NCBI GenBank assembly: GCA_951406725.2
Contig: OX597823.1
Location: 44,330,001 to 44,394,000, forward strand
DNA length: 64,000 nt
Source of the DNA: Octopus vulgaris
Lineage: Eukaryota
Reading direction: 5' to 3'
The notes beneath the pieces are model-generated. The model was not told where the DNA came from. It made no database searches and saw nothing but the letters and a program-made list of their open reading frames with translations. The translations under genes were made by a program, and so were the position numbers. Below, one piece after another: positions 37,035 to 50,129 of this stretch (its first letter is position 1; the number at the start of each line of letters is the position of its first letter).

Positions 37035-40000
37035 CAGTAACTTACAAGTAGGCGGCCCATATTAGATATAAAGTCCTCTCCTGGTAATCCAAGACAGTGG
37101 TGGCACTCGGTTGCTGCGTGGGTGACTGAGTAGCTCCTTTTGAGAAGGGCACTGTTCATCTGGAAACCGGAGAGGTTCTAGGAAAGGTGAACTAAAAATT
37201 GCCTGTCGTTTTCTATCTCGTCAATCGACCGCGACGGATGTCCACCTTGCGCTGGCAAAACAAAGAAACTATTTACAATATCTGGATGGAATATGAATAT
37301 TTGATGTTGGAATGTGAGTACTCTGTTAAATAACAATAGTGAATATAGTCCTGAAAGACGTACTGCCCTTGTTGCCCGTCAATTGACTGTCTTTGTTGCC
37401 CGTGATATAACATATAGTAGGAATGGTGATGGCCAGCCTGAAGAGGTTGGGGGAGAAATCGAAAGAGAAATGTGGGGGGCCGGGTTGGTGTTGGTTTTGC
37501 AGCTCGATCTGAAATTATCAAGAAGTTGGAGTTTCCTATCCCTATAAATGACCGTTTAATGACTCTGAGAGATGGGTGATTTAATACTCTGATAAGTGCC
37601 TATGCTCCTACTTTGACCAGTCCTGATGAAGATTAAAAAGTGCTTTCTATGCCCATCTGTGTGCTATACTCAGGAAAATGCCTAAGTCAGAAAATGTTAT
37701 TCCTTTGGGGGATTTCAGTGCGAGGGTTGGAAGGGATTCGCAAAGATGGAACTCTCTCGGGTATTTTGGTGCAGGGAAGATGAATAGCAATGGTATCACG
37801 CGCCTAGAGCTTTCCGATGAATATGATCTTTACATTGCAAGCACTCTATGCACAAAGGTGATAACAATATAAAAGCTGCTGAGGTCTTAGGTTTGGCACT
37901 ATCTGCATTATGTTATTCGCAAGCGTGACATTTATGACATTATTAATGTGAAGTCCTTTCATGGATCGAAGTGTTGGGTAGACTACTGCCTGGTGCGAGT
38001 AAAATTCCATATGGTAATCAAAGTGAAGGAGAGAAGGCCAGATGGGATTTCTCGGTGCCTGAATGCCCGTAAGATATATGATCCTACCGTGAGGAAAGAG
38101 CTTCAGAATCACTTATCCAGCATCAAAGATATTACACCTTGGGAGGAGTTTCAAGACCAGGTTTTTAAACGCGCTGCTGAAGCATTGAGATATGTTGCAG
38201 CCAGTCATAGGGACCTGTTTGATGAAAATGATGCTGAGGTTCAGAGACCTCTATCTGCGAAGTGCAATGTCTACAGTGTAGTACTGCACAGAGCGCTATC
38301 AGTTGCAAATCAGAATATAGCACTTACCCATTAGAAGAATGCAGAATCCCTACTGCAACGATTTTTCAGGAAGACGCAGAACACCTGATAGGAAGGTGTT
38401 GTTTGTGATATTCAAGCTGCTGCTGATGCAAATGATAGCAAGAAACTCTACCATCATATGAAGCACGCTTATGAGCCTAAGAGTTCTACATCGGTTCCTT
38501 TGCTTTCCAAGGAAGGCTATACCCTACTTACTAAATCACAGAAATCGCAGGTCATTGGATTTAACATTTTTCTAAAATTTTAAACTGCAAGTTGGTTGTA
38601 GATGATAAAACAATTGGCACTATTCAACAAAGACTTGTCATCAACTCTCTGGACTTTGCACCCTTAATAGACGAGGTAATAACAGCAACAAGTAAGCTGA
38701 ATCTTGGTTAAGAACTGATAAAAACGGAATTTGCGCTGAGATTTTGCATTTTGGTAGTGGTCGTTTCACATTGAATCTTCACGAGCTTATTTGTGTAGTG
38801 TGGCGGGGTGGTGATGTTCTGGAAGGATTCAATTATCCTTCCTCTCTAGAAAGAAAGGGGAGTCAGAATAAAGTGCGGTAACCATAGAGGTATTGCTCTA
38901 CCATCAGCTTCTGGCAAGGTTCTGGCAAGAATTCTTCTTATTAGCCTGAATAAATACATTGTAAATGATATCCTATCTGAATCTCTATGTGGCTTTCGTT
39001 CTAGTAGAACAATAGGCATGATTTCCACCGCAATACAGATGCAAGAGAAGTGCTATGAGTAGAATATGGATCTTGTCTAGGCTTCATTGATTTAACCAAA
39101 GCTTTCGGTGTTGTGAATAGGACTTCCCTTTGGAAAATACTCGACAAGCTTGATAATTGGGGTCACTTTGAATTGATGATTATATCATTTTATGATAAGA
39201 TGGAGTCATGGCTCAATGCCCGTGGTGATTTGGTAGGACCCATTACTGTAGAGAATGGCGTCAAGCAGGGTGATAACCCTTGTCCCAACTTGCTTTTGCT
39301 GCGGATTGCTCTTTTAGATACACGTGAGGTAGCGATCTTCTGGTCGTCTCTTCAACTTGCGTCAATTTGTTGTCAATACGAAAGTTTTTCAATCTCTTAT
39401 CCATGACCTCTAACATGTGGATCATAGCGACCTGGTTGCTCATTAGGTAGAAGATATGCAAATTCTCATATATCATATTTCTGCATTTTACAAAGAACAG
39501 TACTGAAAGTGGTAGACAAGTTTGTCTGCCTGGGCAGTACACTAAGCCGTTCTAAATCCTTAGATGAAATACCTTTAAGGTTTTAGAAGGAAGCTGATTC
39601 CTACGGGGCTTCCGAGTTTCGTGTCCGGTACCAACATAACATCACATGGCGAACAAAAGTTGCTGGATACCGTGAGTGTTTGCTGACGTCACTCCTTTAC
39701 TCATGTGGGACGCGGATCCTTTACAGACATTATGTAGGAGTAATTGAGCGCTTCCATCTTGGCTGGTTCTTGTGAACTCTGGACACAGAGGGACTGAGGG
39801 GAGCCCGAAGTCCTGGGCATTGAGGCGATGATGCACAAGCTCTGTTTACATTGGTCTGGGCACCTTGTTGGGATAAATGATCAGAGGATCCTTAAGAAGA
39901 CGCTATATGGCGAACTTGTTTGTTGAAAGAGCCCCATATTTGAAATATGGGAACTCAGTTAGGAAAGCAATGCTTGTCATCGCCACCGATGGAGGAAACA

Positions 40001-40230
40001 GGTAAAGGAAAGAATGGTCGAAAAAATAACATGCGTTTTTATGCAGAATTTAAGCGAGCTGCTCAAAAACCTCGTTTCCAGTGCAGTGAACAAGGGAAGC
40101 TTGATCTGCAATATCAAGATCTGGGTTCATTAGTCACCAACAGAGCCACAAATAAAGTACAATTCTGAGTTCACAATGTTCTTTACGGTCAGTGGTGGTC
40201 TTCCTCAGTTACAAGCGGACAACCATCTTG
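37035..40230 (+). mobile_element. Decayed near-full-length RTE-BovB-like LINE
   Basis: ISAYAPTL, LGDFSARVG and GAGKMNSNG (endonuclease); CGNHRGIAL, GKVLARILL, GFRSSR, FIDLTKAF and ENGVKQGD (RT); many disablements. Confidence 0.9.
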
Positions 40231-40357
40231 TATGTGTTTGTAGCGAATTGCTTCCTAGATTTTTAACCAAGATTCGAAACGGTCTAGATGTTTTTACTAG
40301 TTCCTCCCTATTGTTCTCGGCATTAATACTCAGAAATTTGTGAGAGTCAACTATTAA

Positions 40358-40576
40358 CCCTTTTGTTACTGCATTTATTTTGAGATGCTCTGGGTTTCTT
40401 TCAATTATTCTAAATATAAAAAGAATTTAGTAAAATAACTTAGTTATCATTAAACTAGTGTTAGGAACGTAACTAGTGACTAAGGCTTGGTGGAATATTC
40501 TAATTCAAAACTTATGGAAACAAGACATTTTACCACAGAGCCAGAGCCGGTTTTGGCCGGGTTAGTAACAAAAGGG
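40358..40576. mobile_element. piggyBac-like MITE
   Basis: TTAA|CCCTTTTGTTACT ... AGTAACAAAAGGG TIRs; the right-hand TTAA is missing. Confidence 0.6.
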
Positions 40577-41215
40577 CCTGTGATCGTTCTTTGGCCGAGG
40601 AAAATAACAGACACAAAAATCCTTTGTTTAACCTGACCTAATTTAATTATCAAAAATATATAAATACGGGACCCAAATTTGTTTCTATCTCTTTCAGTTG
40701 GCCCCTCGCTGGAAGAGCACATTTATTTGTTTCTCATTTCACTCATGTCACAGCGGGACAATGCAGCTTCCACCTTCTCTACTTGTCAATACAGAGAAGT
40801 AAATTCTTTTTCTCCTTTTTTTTGTCTCCTTCCGTTCATCTTCTAGCAGTCAACAAACGATGAGCTCAACAACGTACAGAATGAATAACAGAACTGCAAA
40901 TAATCTGGGCATATCTATTTATATTTTTCTTCCTATCACTCATTTGCTACATATAACCTGTACATATATATGCAAAAGTATGTATGTTAATATGTACTTA
41001 TGTATGTATGTATGTATGTATGTATGTATGTATGTATGTATGTATGTATGTATGTATGTATGTCATTATTCAGTTTATTTCAATATTTCTTACCAATTGA
41101 GAAAGAACCGGTTTCTAACTAAGATCCAAGGCGCCTTCATTGGAATTTCAACGTCAACAATAGGGTATGTATGTATGTATGTATGTATGTATGTATGTAT
41201 GTATGTATGTATGTA

Positions 41216-41519
41216 CTAGCAGTATCGCCCGGCGTTGCTCGGGTTTGTAAGGGAAATAACTATATAAGCATTTTTAGAGAGTTACTTCTCTTATATAAAC
41301 CAAGCAAAAAATGAATTAAAAATGGGGAAAATGATGGTAAATTCTTTTTAAAATCGTAGACTCATCGTAAACGCGCGCTAATACCCAGAAAGGCTCGATA
41401 TGAATCACGACTATAAGATACCCGCTTTTGGTTAAACTGCACCGCAAAATGTGGGAGTAGTTAGGAATCTAAATCGGAGTAGACAGACACATACACAACT
41501 TCAGTTTTATATATAAAGA
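41216..41519 (-). mobile_element. Non-autonomous Helitron (same family, internally deleted) in a (TATG)n tract
   Basis: Reverse complement shows the TC start, hairpin and CTAG end. Confidence 0.88.
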
Positions 41520-41625
41520 TGTATGTATGTATGTATGTATGTATAAAGAGATGGGGAGAGAGAGAAAAATGGGATAGAGAGAGAGGGAGAGGATATGAAA
41601 AGTACGTGCGAACATACACACACAC

Positions 41626-41704
<79 letters not shown>

Positions 41705-42036
41705 GGGAGAATATATGGAATAAATTAATTGCTTATGAACAGAATTGTAAAGAAATAGTAAAAAGGTATCGTTACATAAACGAAAATAATGCTTATTCAG
41801 TCATCACAAACACGTGTTTAGTATTTAAATATTCATATACACCCAATCTACTATAATAATATTCTTGTGTTTTTTCCGCCACAACATATGAATGAACAAG
41901 GAAGGGGTGATAGATGAATAAAGAAGGAAAGAGTGATGGCAAACTTGGTAGTCGGATAATGGAAATTCTACGGTGAAAAAAGAAATCGAACTGTGTTTCA
42001 ACTCTGTGTGATTATACTTTTGTGTATGTAAAAGGG

Positions 42037-42067
<31 letters not shown>

Positions 42068-43384
42068 CAATTGAAGTGGGATGGTGAACATTCAACGCTG
42101 AAAAGAAAAATCAAACAGCGTTTCAACTCTGTGTGAGTATATGTGTGTATGTGTGCATGTACAAGGGAAGTATTTGAATGTTTTTTTTGTGAACCAGCGT
42201 TCTTCCAGTAACAAACGATGATCGATGTCACATCTCAAATGACAACCACTAGATAACATTGACAAGTGTATTAATTTGATTTACCGTCCATATTTATATA
42301 TAAAATATTACAATTATCCGTCATTTTTGACGGCACGTAGCCAGCTAGTAATATGATAAATAATGTTTGAATGACATAAATATCCGTAAAGAGATATCCA
42401 ATTAAAGTGGATCCAAAGTGGATCTTTTCAGTTTGGCTTTCACATGTACGCAGGGATTGTAGTAGTGTTAAGCAGACAACAGCTTGCCTTGTTGCAATGG
42501 GAACAGACACCAATGTCTGTGGTTTATGATCGGTTAAAATTACCCCGATATTTGCAAACTTAAAATGTTATTAAATTTTTATATAATTTATGGCAAAAAT
42601 GAATTTCATTACTATAATTAACATACAAAACTACATCAATACACTAATTCTAAAATCAATTGGAACAAAGTTAAAGGAATTCAGAAGTGAAAGCCAAATT
42701 GAAAAGATCCGGAAACTTTACTAATTGAAAATTTAGATAATTTAATAATTACATATATAACAAGTATGTATAAGATACATATATAATACATAACCTCATT
42801 AAAATATATATCCAAAACTGAAGAAAACACAAACATGAGTGAAGAGAGAAGAAGTGAAGGGAAAAGGCAAGAAAGAAAGAAAGAAACATTAATTCAACTC
42901 TTAATTTTTGTAATGACCAATTTCTTAATAAGTGTCTTATTTTCAATAATGCGAGTTGAATATGTATGTCAACGACTTTAACGAATTTGATGAATGGAAC
43001 GAACTCGAAACCACGGGGTGATGTTCCTATCCAGACAACTTGGTATTTATATTACTTTCACATCTGTTACATACGAAGTCTTCTTTTCTGTCAACCAAAC
43101 CGTGATTCCACTGATTCTCATGTAAATCCAAATGTACTTTCGATATAACATTTAGCAACCCTACCTTTGATCGAACAGCACCATTTTCCAGGTGACAGTA
43201 GAATCCTGTTTTCTTTCTTGTTGACTAAACCTTTCATCTTTGCTTTGTTTTTATTGTCACATTTGGAATTTCTTTTCTAATTTTTAAACAGACTTAATTA
43301 CGAGAGCTAGATAACCGATATACAGACGTTCCCACAGAAAACCAGCCTTAATTTCTTCTGTTATAGCTTGTTTTTTAAATTTTA

Positions 43385-43657
43385 TTTATGCACCCTTTTC
43401 AAGCCTATCCAGGCTTATGGGCCCGGTTTCCCGGGACGGGAGGCCAGTCCATCGCAGTGTTACTCAAGAAACAGGAAGAAAGAGTGAGAGAAAATTGGGG
43501 CGAAAGAGTACAACAGGGGTCGCCACCACCCCCTGCCGGAGCCTCGTGGAGCTTTAGGTGTTTTCGCTCAATAAACATACACAAAGCCCAGTCTGGGAAT
43601 CGAAACCGTGATCCTCCGACCGTGAGTCCGCTGCCCTAGCCACTGGGCCATTGCGCC
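43385..43657 (-). mobile_element. tRNA-derived SINE (family C)
   Basis: Head GGCGCAATGGCCCAGTGGCTAGGGCAGCGGACTC, B box GTTTCGATTCCC, A-rich end. Confidence 0.8.
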
Positions 43658-43679
43658 TTCGTTATAGCTTGTAGAGCAA

Positions 43680-44205
43680 TAATAAAGAGGAAAAACTGGG
43701 CCCTGGTAGATCCCTATCCGCACGTTAATTCCCTCACTGAACTCTTTGTTAACTTTCACACTGCTGACATAGCTTTGCGTGTTTCTCATGATCCATTCAT
43801 CTCGACCTAGTTTTCACAGCAACTGCCATACTACAGAGAGTATTATCGTGTCATTGACCTCAAGGATAACGAATGCTAGATATAGAGGCTTGCTCTTAGC
43901 TAAGAATTTCTCTTGTGGTTGTTTTATTAGGAACAGTGCATCAGTGGTACTTTGTCCTGAAACGAAGCAAAACCAAAAATAAATTAGTTCGATGCCTCTG
44001 CAATTATTTCCTTCTACGAGTAGAGCATCTTTGTCTTTGTAGCAATTGATGATGGTATTGCTATGTCTTTGGGAATGACTCCTACCTTGTATACTACCTG
44101 ATTGATTATGCTAATGACTGGTGCGTGTTCTACTTCCTCTGATATATTTGGTATCTGATGAATCGGATGCTTTCCCCGTCTTCATAGCTTTGATTGTCAT
44201 TCAAA
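43680..44205 (-). mobile_element. RTE LINE RT fragment, related to 17180-19535
   Basis: IKAMKTGKA, NNCRGI, GQSTTDALFL..QEKFLAKSKP and VNKEFSEGINVRIGIYQG motifs. Confidence 0.75.
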
Positions 44206-44211
44206 CGCTTG

Positions 44212-45472
44212 TCAAGACGGAGTCTTGAACTTTTCGATTTTGTGCACGCGGGAATTATTTGCAGTGATCATTTCGAGTGCATGTGTATCGTCATCTGATT
44301 CATCGTCGGTATGTATCTCTACTTTATGTACAAATTTTCTTGATTTGCACATTTTTGCATAGTGTCCTTGTTTCTTGAATTTTTCACATGTCTTGTGAAA
44401 TGCTGGGCATTTATTTCTTTTGTGATTATAACCACAATAGTGACAGTTAGTGACGTAGTGTTGACTTGGCGCTTGAAACTTCGCGGGCTTTCTGTCACTT
44501 CCGCCTTGTTCGTTTTGATGTCTGGATTGCATATGGCGAGTTATTTGAGTTTTGGCGCCTTTTCTGTCGTGTTGACTATACACCCTCGAGATTCCGTTAT
44601 CTCTTGTTTCGGATGTGACATTTAGCATCCTTGATTGGAGTCGTGTTTGCTCTGCACTGACCTGCTTGAATTGTTTTTTGTAAGTCTAAATTTGGTTCTC
44701 TCAATAATCTTTCTCTTAATCTCATGTCTCTGATTCCACAAATCAGAATATCTTTGGTGAGACTGTCTGTGAGGTTGCCGAATTCGCACTGTTGTGCCTT
44801 TTGGCGCAACTCTACCACGTACTCATCGAATTTTTGATGTTCCGCTTGTCCACATGTGAAGAATTTGTGTCTCAGGAAAGTTATGTTTTTCCTGGGTTCA
44901 CAATATGCATCGAATTTTTCGATTACTGTTTGAAGGTTCATTTCTTCGTCGGGTGAATCGAAATCCAGAGTGGAATGGATGTCTCGGCCTTTGGAACCGA
45001 TGCAAGTTAAAAACATTGAAGTTTTTACTTTGTCTGGCTTCATGTCACTTTCTGTTGCTATCAAAAAGAGATTGAATTCTTTTTTCCACTTTTTCCATGC
45101 TGCGGCTAGATTTTCCTGATTAAAGTCTAGGTCTTTTGGATGCGGTAAATTTTCCATTTCGTCTTTGAAGTATGATTTCAACTTCTTTTTTCTTTTGGTT
45201 TTGTATTTTGGGTTCTTTTAGTATTCTGACACCATGTTGTTGTTATATATATATAATGTATTGAGTATTAAAGGAAGTAGTGAGTACTTAGTATGAAAGA
45301 TTAAGAAAATGAGAGAGACTGAAAAAATGTGTTAACGATACGAGATACTTTATTAGACTGACGTTGTTGTACAAGGTATTTGTTGTGGCGGGAAACCTAC
45401 TGAATGTCCTTGTATCAAGGGAGACAATGGGCAACGTTGATTGTTCATGTTTGTTGTGATGATTACATAACA
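44212..45472 (-). mobile_element. 5' part of a Gypsy (Mag-like) LTR retrotransposon: LTR, PBS and frameshifted gag
   Basis: LTR TGTTATG..ACAACA at 45472-45235; PBS TGGTGTCAGAA at 45234-45224 (tRNA-Leu-like); gag ORF 44597..45181 (WKKWKKEF, CEFG, ICGIRD..LRERLL) and zinc-knuckle region in 44212..44628; truncated before the protease. Confidence 0.92.
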
Positions 45473-46249
45473 GTATCTACTTGTAGCAACCGCTATGTTT
45501 CGCGAGTAATTTCCCTATTTAATACCTTGACGTAATAAAATTTTCATTCCACTTCCTCGATGTCAGTAGAGGTGAGGGCGCTGCAATAAATACGTATATA
45601 CTTCTTATCAACAACGTCTTGTTTTATACAAACACACAACTTTGCTATCAGAAATGCATCACGTCTCTGACTTTCTACTTCCCTTCTCAATTCCTACTTA
45701 CCCTTGACTATGTTTATTTCACGTCTGTCAAGCTTCTCTTATAACTACCAGATACTGTTCTTTGCTCCCCATCTTCTATTCTTTTCATGCCTGTCTCTTA
45801 CTTTATATATTTTTATCGTACCATTTATCAAGTTACTCTCCGTTTGGTTCGAACCTATTTCAATTCACATATCTGGGCTTATAGCTCACTGCAGGTTATC
45901 TCAAAGAAACTCACAGTTGTCTTCTGCCTTACGTGTGCATGAGCATGCATATGTGGATAAGAGAGCGTGTGAGTGTGCGTGCGTGCGTACGTGTGGGCGT
46001 CTACAAAGGCATCCCCAACTATCACTTCCTTACGATTCTTTTAAAACTGTTGTCTGGACGCGGGATCTTTCAGCTCACAAAACTTTCTTCTTCGTCTTCC
46101 TCCTACTCTAATGTCGCTAATTCACAACGTATTTTGAGCGGTGCATTCTTTAACGGTTAAAGACCATATTCATAACCATCTGTTCGCCTCGTTAACTTGG
46201 GAGTAGGCAGTCTATCTAGCTTTTATGTTCGCCAATGTACATACAAATA

Positions 46250-46440
46250 CATGTATGTATGTATGTATGTATGTATGTATGTATGTATGTATGTATGTAT
46301 GTATGTATGTATGTATGTATGTATGTATGTATGTATGTATGTATGTATGCATCCATGCATGCATGTATGTATGTATGTATGTATGTATGTATGTATGTAT
46401 GTATGTATGTATGTATGTATGTATGTATGTATGTATGTGC
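46250..46440. repeat. (TATG)n microsatellite (others at 41000-41062 and 41165-41215; (GA)n at 41630-41696; many (TA)n and (CA)n tracts)
   Basis: Read directly from the sequence. Confidence 0.98.
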
Positions 46441-47125
46441 ATACAAACATACATATATATTTTTTTAATTCTTTTACTCGTTTCATCATTTGACTGCAGC
46501 CATGCTGGAGCACCGCCTTGAAGGGTTTTAGACGTAGAGATCTACCCCAGGACTTATTCTTTGTAAGCCAAGTACTTATAATATCGGTCTCTTTTGCCAA
46601 ACCGCTAAGTTACGGGGATGTAAACACACCAGCATCGGTTGTTAAGTGATTGCGGGGGGGGGGGGCCAAGCACACAAGCGACTCTTTTAATTGATCAATT
46701 TTGTTCCAAAAGTCCCAACCGTCTCATCTAAGGTGAGGACCATGTACTGCAATAGCTTGGCTTTTCAAGGGCCCACAGCTATTTAACTCCCTGTCAAAAC
46801 ATCTGAGGGGGTCTTCATGGAGTGGGGGTAGATGTTTTCAAGAAACAAATTGACCTCTTGCTATCGAAGATCCCAGATGAACTAATATCAAGGCAGGAAA
46901 CTCAAAAGAAGGCAGCGGTATCGAGCTCCCTCCTTCACCAAAAGCCAAACTCATAGAATTCGCCAATTAGAAGTTGATTACACAGCATGGCCACAGCCTC
47001 AAAGCTGAAACATATAAAAAAATAAAAGACTACACACACACACATACTGTATATACATATATATTAATTGAATAAAGTTAAAACAGTCTGGTTTTCACGT
47101 TTTTTTTTTATTATGGTATTTTAAC

Positions 47126-47165
47126 AAAATTAGTGCTTTCATAAATAGTGTACTCATCAGATTTC
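47126..47165 (-). ncRNA. Decayed canonical type-I hammerhead inside a small foldback element (47066-47275)
   Basis: GAAAT-CTGATGA-GTA cactatt TAT-GAA-AGCACT-A-ATTTT; flanking inverted repeat 47066-47105 / 47181-47220. Confidence 0.6.
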
Positions 47166-47294
47166 AAATGTGTTTAATAGAAAACATGAAAACCAGACCA
47201 TGTTTTAACTTTATTCAACTAGTATATTATTCCATAGTATATTATTCTATAGACGTTCACACAAATTCGAAACAATATACATACATATACATAC

Positions 47295-47360
<66 letters not shown>

Positions 47361-47488
47361 TATTTAGAGATAGTAGTCCCTTTCATCACACCATATAAAA
47401 GAATTTTAATTTAATTTTAACATATAAGTATGTGTATGTGTAAATAGGTTCGCCGGACTGTGCAAGCCATAATTTAATTCATATAAAC

Positions 47489-47549
<61 letters not shown>

Positions 47550-47600
47550 CGGGAAACTCATATATATAAGGTGCATTCAAAGCAATGAATAGTTGTATTC

Positions 47601-47638
47601 AAAGCAGTGATTAGTAACTCGCAAAACCGGTATGCTTT
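47601..47638 (+). ncRNA. Decayed G3-type variant hammerhead motif
   Basis: AAAGCA-GTGATTA-GTAACTCGC-AAA-ACCGGT-A-TGCTTT: 6-bp stem I and palindromic stem III; G12 and position 8 are mutated. Confidence 0.45.
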
Positions 47639-47778
47639 CGAATCTCTTTAATAATTCACAATAATAACTTTTATTACTTTTATTCCCACCTCACTTCATC
47701 ATATTGTATATATCTTTTGTTACTTTTCAGCAAGCTACTTACCACACAGCCACTCCTGCGCCTATATATCTATATCTA

Positions 47779-47850
<72 letters not shown>

Positions 47851-48510
47851 GGTCCCGGGTTGAGTATGTGTATGTATATATGTATATATATATATATATA
47901 TATATGTGTATGTATATATATATATATATGTATATGTAGGTATGCTTTTATGTATACGTGTATGCGCGCATGTGTGCATATATGTATTTATAAGCATATG
48001 CGTGTACATATGCGGGTAGATGTTCATGTGTGTTTATGTGTACTGAAGTCCTTCTATATATGTGGTTTTGTGTGTACATAGTTATGTATACGTTTATGCG
48101 ATAGTAGGTACATTTATGTATGTATGAATATGTGTACCTGCGTGTGTATATGTATGTACAGACATGTATACATGTATATGTATGTATGTTTATATGCGCC
48201 TGTGTAGAGAGAGATACATACATAAGTATGAGTGGATGATAAGGAAATGAGCGAGAGAACATATGTGTTTGTGTATGTGTATGAGTGTGAAGGAAGGGAG
48301 AGGGGCGGTAAATAGATTCCATTCAGGCCGGCTAGTACCCCGGGGAGCGGCTAGTCCAGCGTCACTAAATGTGTGTTGGCGAGTGGGCAGGTCATATATC
48401 ACACCTTCTAGGACTCTGAAGAGGTCAAAATAAAAATAAAAATAAAAATAAAAATAAAATAAAATAAGGGAGAAAAAATGTGTGTGTATATATGTGCATG
48501 TATGCGTGTA

Positions 48511-48563
<53 letters not shown>

Positions 48564-48651
48564 ATGTGTATATATATATGTGTGTATGTGTATATGCGTG
48601 TGTATATGCATGTGTATATGTATGTGTGTCTGTGTATGGGTGTGTATATCC

Positions 48652-48681
<30 letters not shown>

Positions 48682-48685
<4 letters not shown>

Positions 48686-49321
48686 CATAAGGGACTAAAG
48701 CCATCTGAATATGGCTAGGGACAGGGCAGGGTGGTGGGGGTGTTACTGTTGCATTTAGCCCCAGGCGAACATCGACGTCACCAGAAAGGCTCGACACCGT
48801 CACGGTGTCCTTATCCTACAAAGGGAGGTAATTCCCCGATGAAGCGGAAACCACACACGGACCATGGTTTCAAGGTGTATTGCCTATCGTCGGCGTGTGG
48901 TAGGCTTCCGCTTCCTCGACGAATTCTCACTCTGCAGGATATTCATATATAGATTTTCAAGCAAAATACATTTGCTGATTTCGAAAAAAATCAGCAAATG
49001 TATTTTGCTTGAAAATCTCTATATGAATATCCTGCAGAGTGAGAATTCGTCGAGGAAGCGGAAGCCTACCACACGCCGACGATAGGCAATACACCTTGAA
49101 ACCATGGTCCGTGTGTGGTTTCCGCTTCATCGGGGAATTACCTCCCTTTGCAGGATAAGGACACCGTGACGGTGTCGAGCCTTTCTGGTGACGTCGATGT
49201 TCGCCTGGGGCTAAATGCAACAGTAACACCCCCACCACCCTGCCCTGTCCCTAGCCATATTCAGATGGCTTTAGTCCCTTATGTTATCGAGCAGTTACTG
49301 TCTATATCTCTTTTAGAGAAT

Positions 49322-49325
<4 letters not shown>
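48682..49325. mobile_element. 606-bp near-perfect palindrome with ~37-nt tail; probable inverted Penelope pLTR pair
   Basis: Arms 48682-48981 and 48988-49287, 6-nt loop, two mismatches seen by eye; (TA)n on both sides. Confidence 0.9.
49070..49115 (+). ncRNA. Variant type-I hammerhead with CCGACGA core (mirror copy 48854-48899 on -)
   Basis: CACACG-CCGACGA-TAGG caataca CCTT-GAA-ACCATGGT-C-CGTGTG; GUC site after 49109. Confidence 0.72.
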
Positions 49326-49358
<33 letters not shown>

Positions 49359-49548
49359 CAATAGTCTTCCTATTTACCTAAAACTCTATTCTATTATTCT
49401 ATTTTTTCATTTATCTACTTTATCACTGATTCTTTTGACCACTCCCCTAAGAAAGACAGTTTGTGCCCTGCCTACCCCAAAAAGTCCTCCACCACCACCC
49501 CATCAAATCTGCCTAAATGTATAAATGCCAAAACTATTCTTGACGCCA

Positions 49549-49599
49549 AGCTTCCTGATGATTTCATTTGAATGAAACAGTTCTAGTCCTGTAGAAGCT
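49549..49599 (+). ncRNA. Type-I hammerhead ribozyme, canonical core
   Basis: AGCTTC-CTGATGA-TTTC attt GAAT-GAA-ACAG ttctagtc CTGT-A-GAAGCT; GUA site after 49593. Confidence 0.8.
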
Positions 49600-49612
49600 C
49601 CTTCTATAAAAT

Positions 49613-49647
<35 letters not shown>

Positions 49648-49991
49648 AGTGTAGGTGGTATACGAGTGGGTATATATTTATAAAGAAGTTTGAAAACACC
49701 ACTATATAAGATAAATTTTAATTTTCTTAGAAATTTTACATGTTTCGGTTCTGCTACTGCTATTTCAGCCACTGGTCATTTCCCCCAACTTTAGTCAACA
49801 CATGAGATAGCTATTATGCTTCCTCCTCACAAAAACCACTACGTGGATTCTGTTGAGACTAGTAAGAAACAATTATGAACTTTTTTTTATTACACTTAAC
49901 TTTTTAAAATATTTTTGAAAAGGTTCGTTTTTTCAAGAAGAATTAAAATTTATCTTATATAGTGGCGTTTTCAAACTTCTTTTTATTAATA

Positions 49992-50060
<69 letters not shown>

Positions 50061-50129
50061 TTTGATTTGAAAAATAACAGGATTGACAATGATAATAGGA
50101 ATAGAACGGAATTTCCAAATGAGAAAAAC

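Noticed and set aside
48330-48428. GGCTA-GTCC ... GGACT-CTGAAGA-GGTC as a hammerhead
   Set aside because: No stem II partner or GAAA follows because the sequence runs into (AAAAAT)n; at most a truncated relic.
49845-49880. CTGTTGA..GAAACAATTA hammerhead-like string
   Set aside because: The core is mutated and neither stem I nor stem II pairs.
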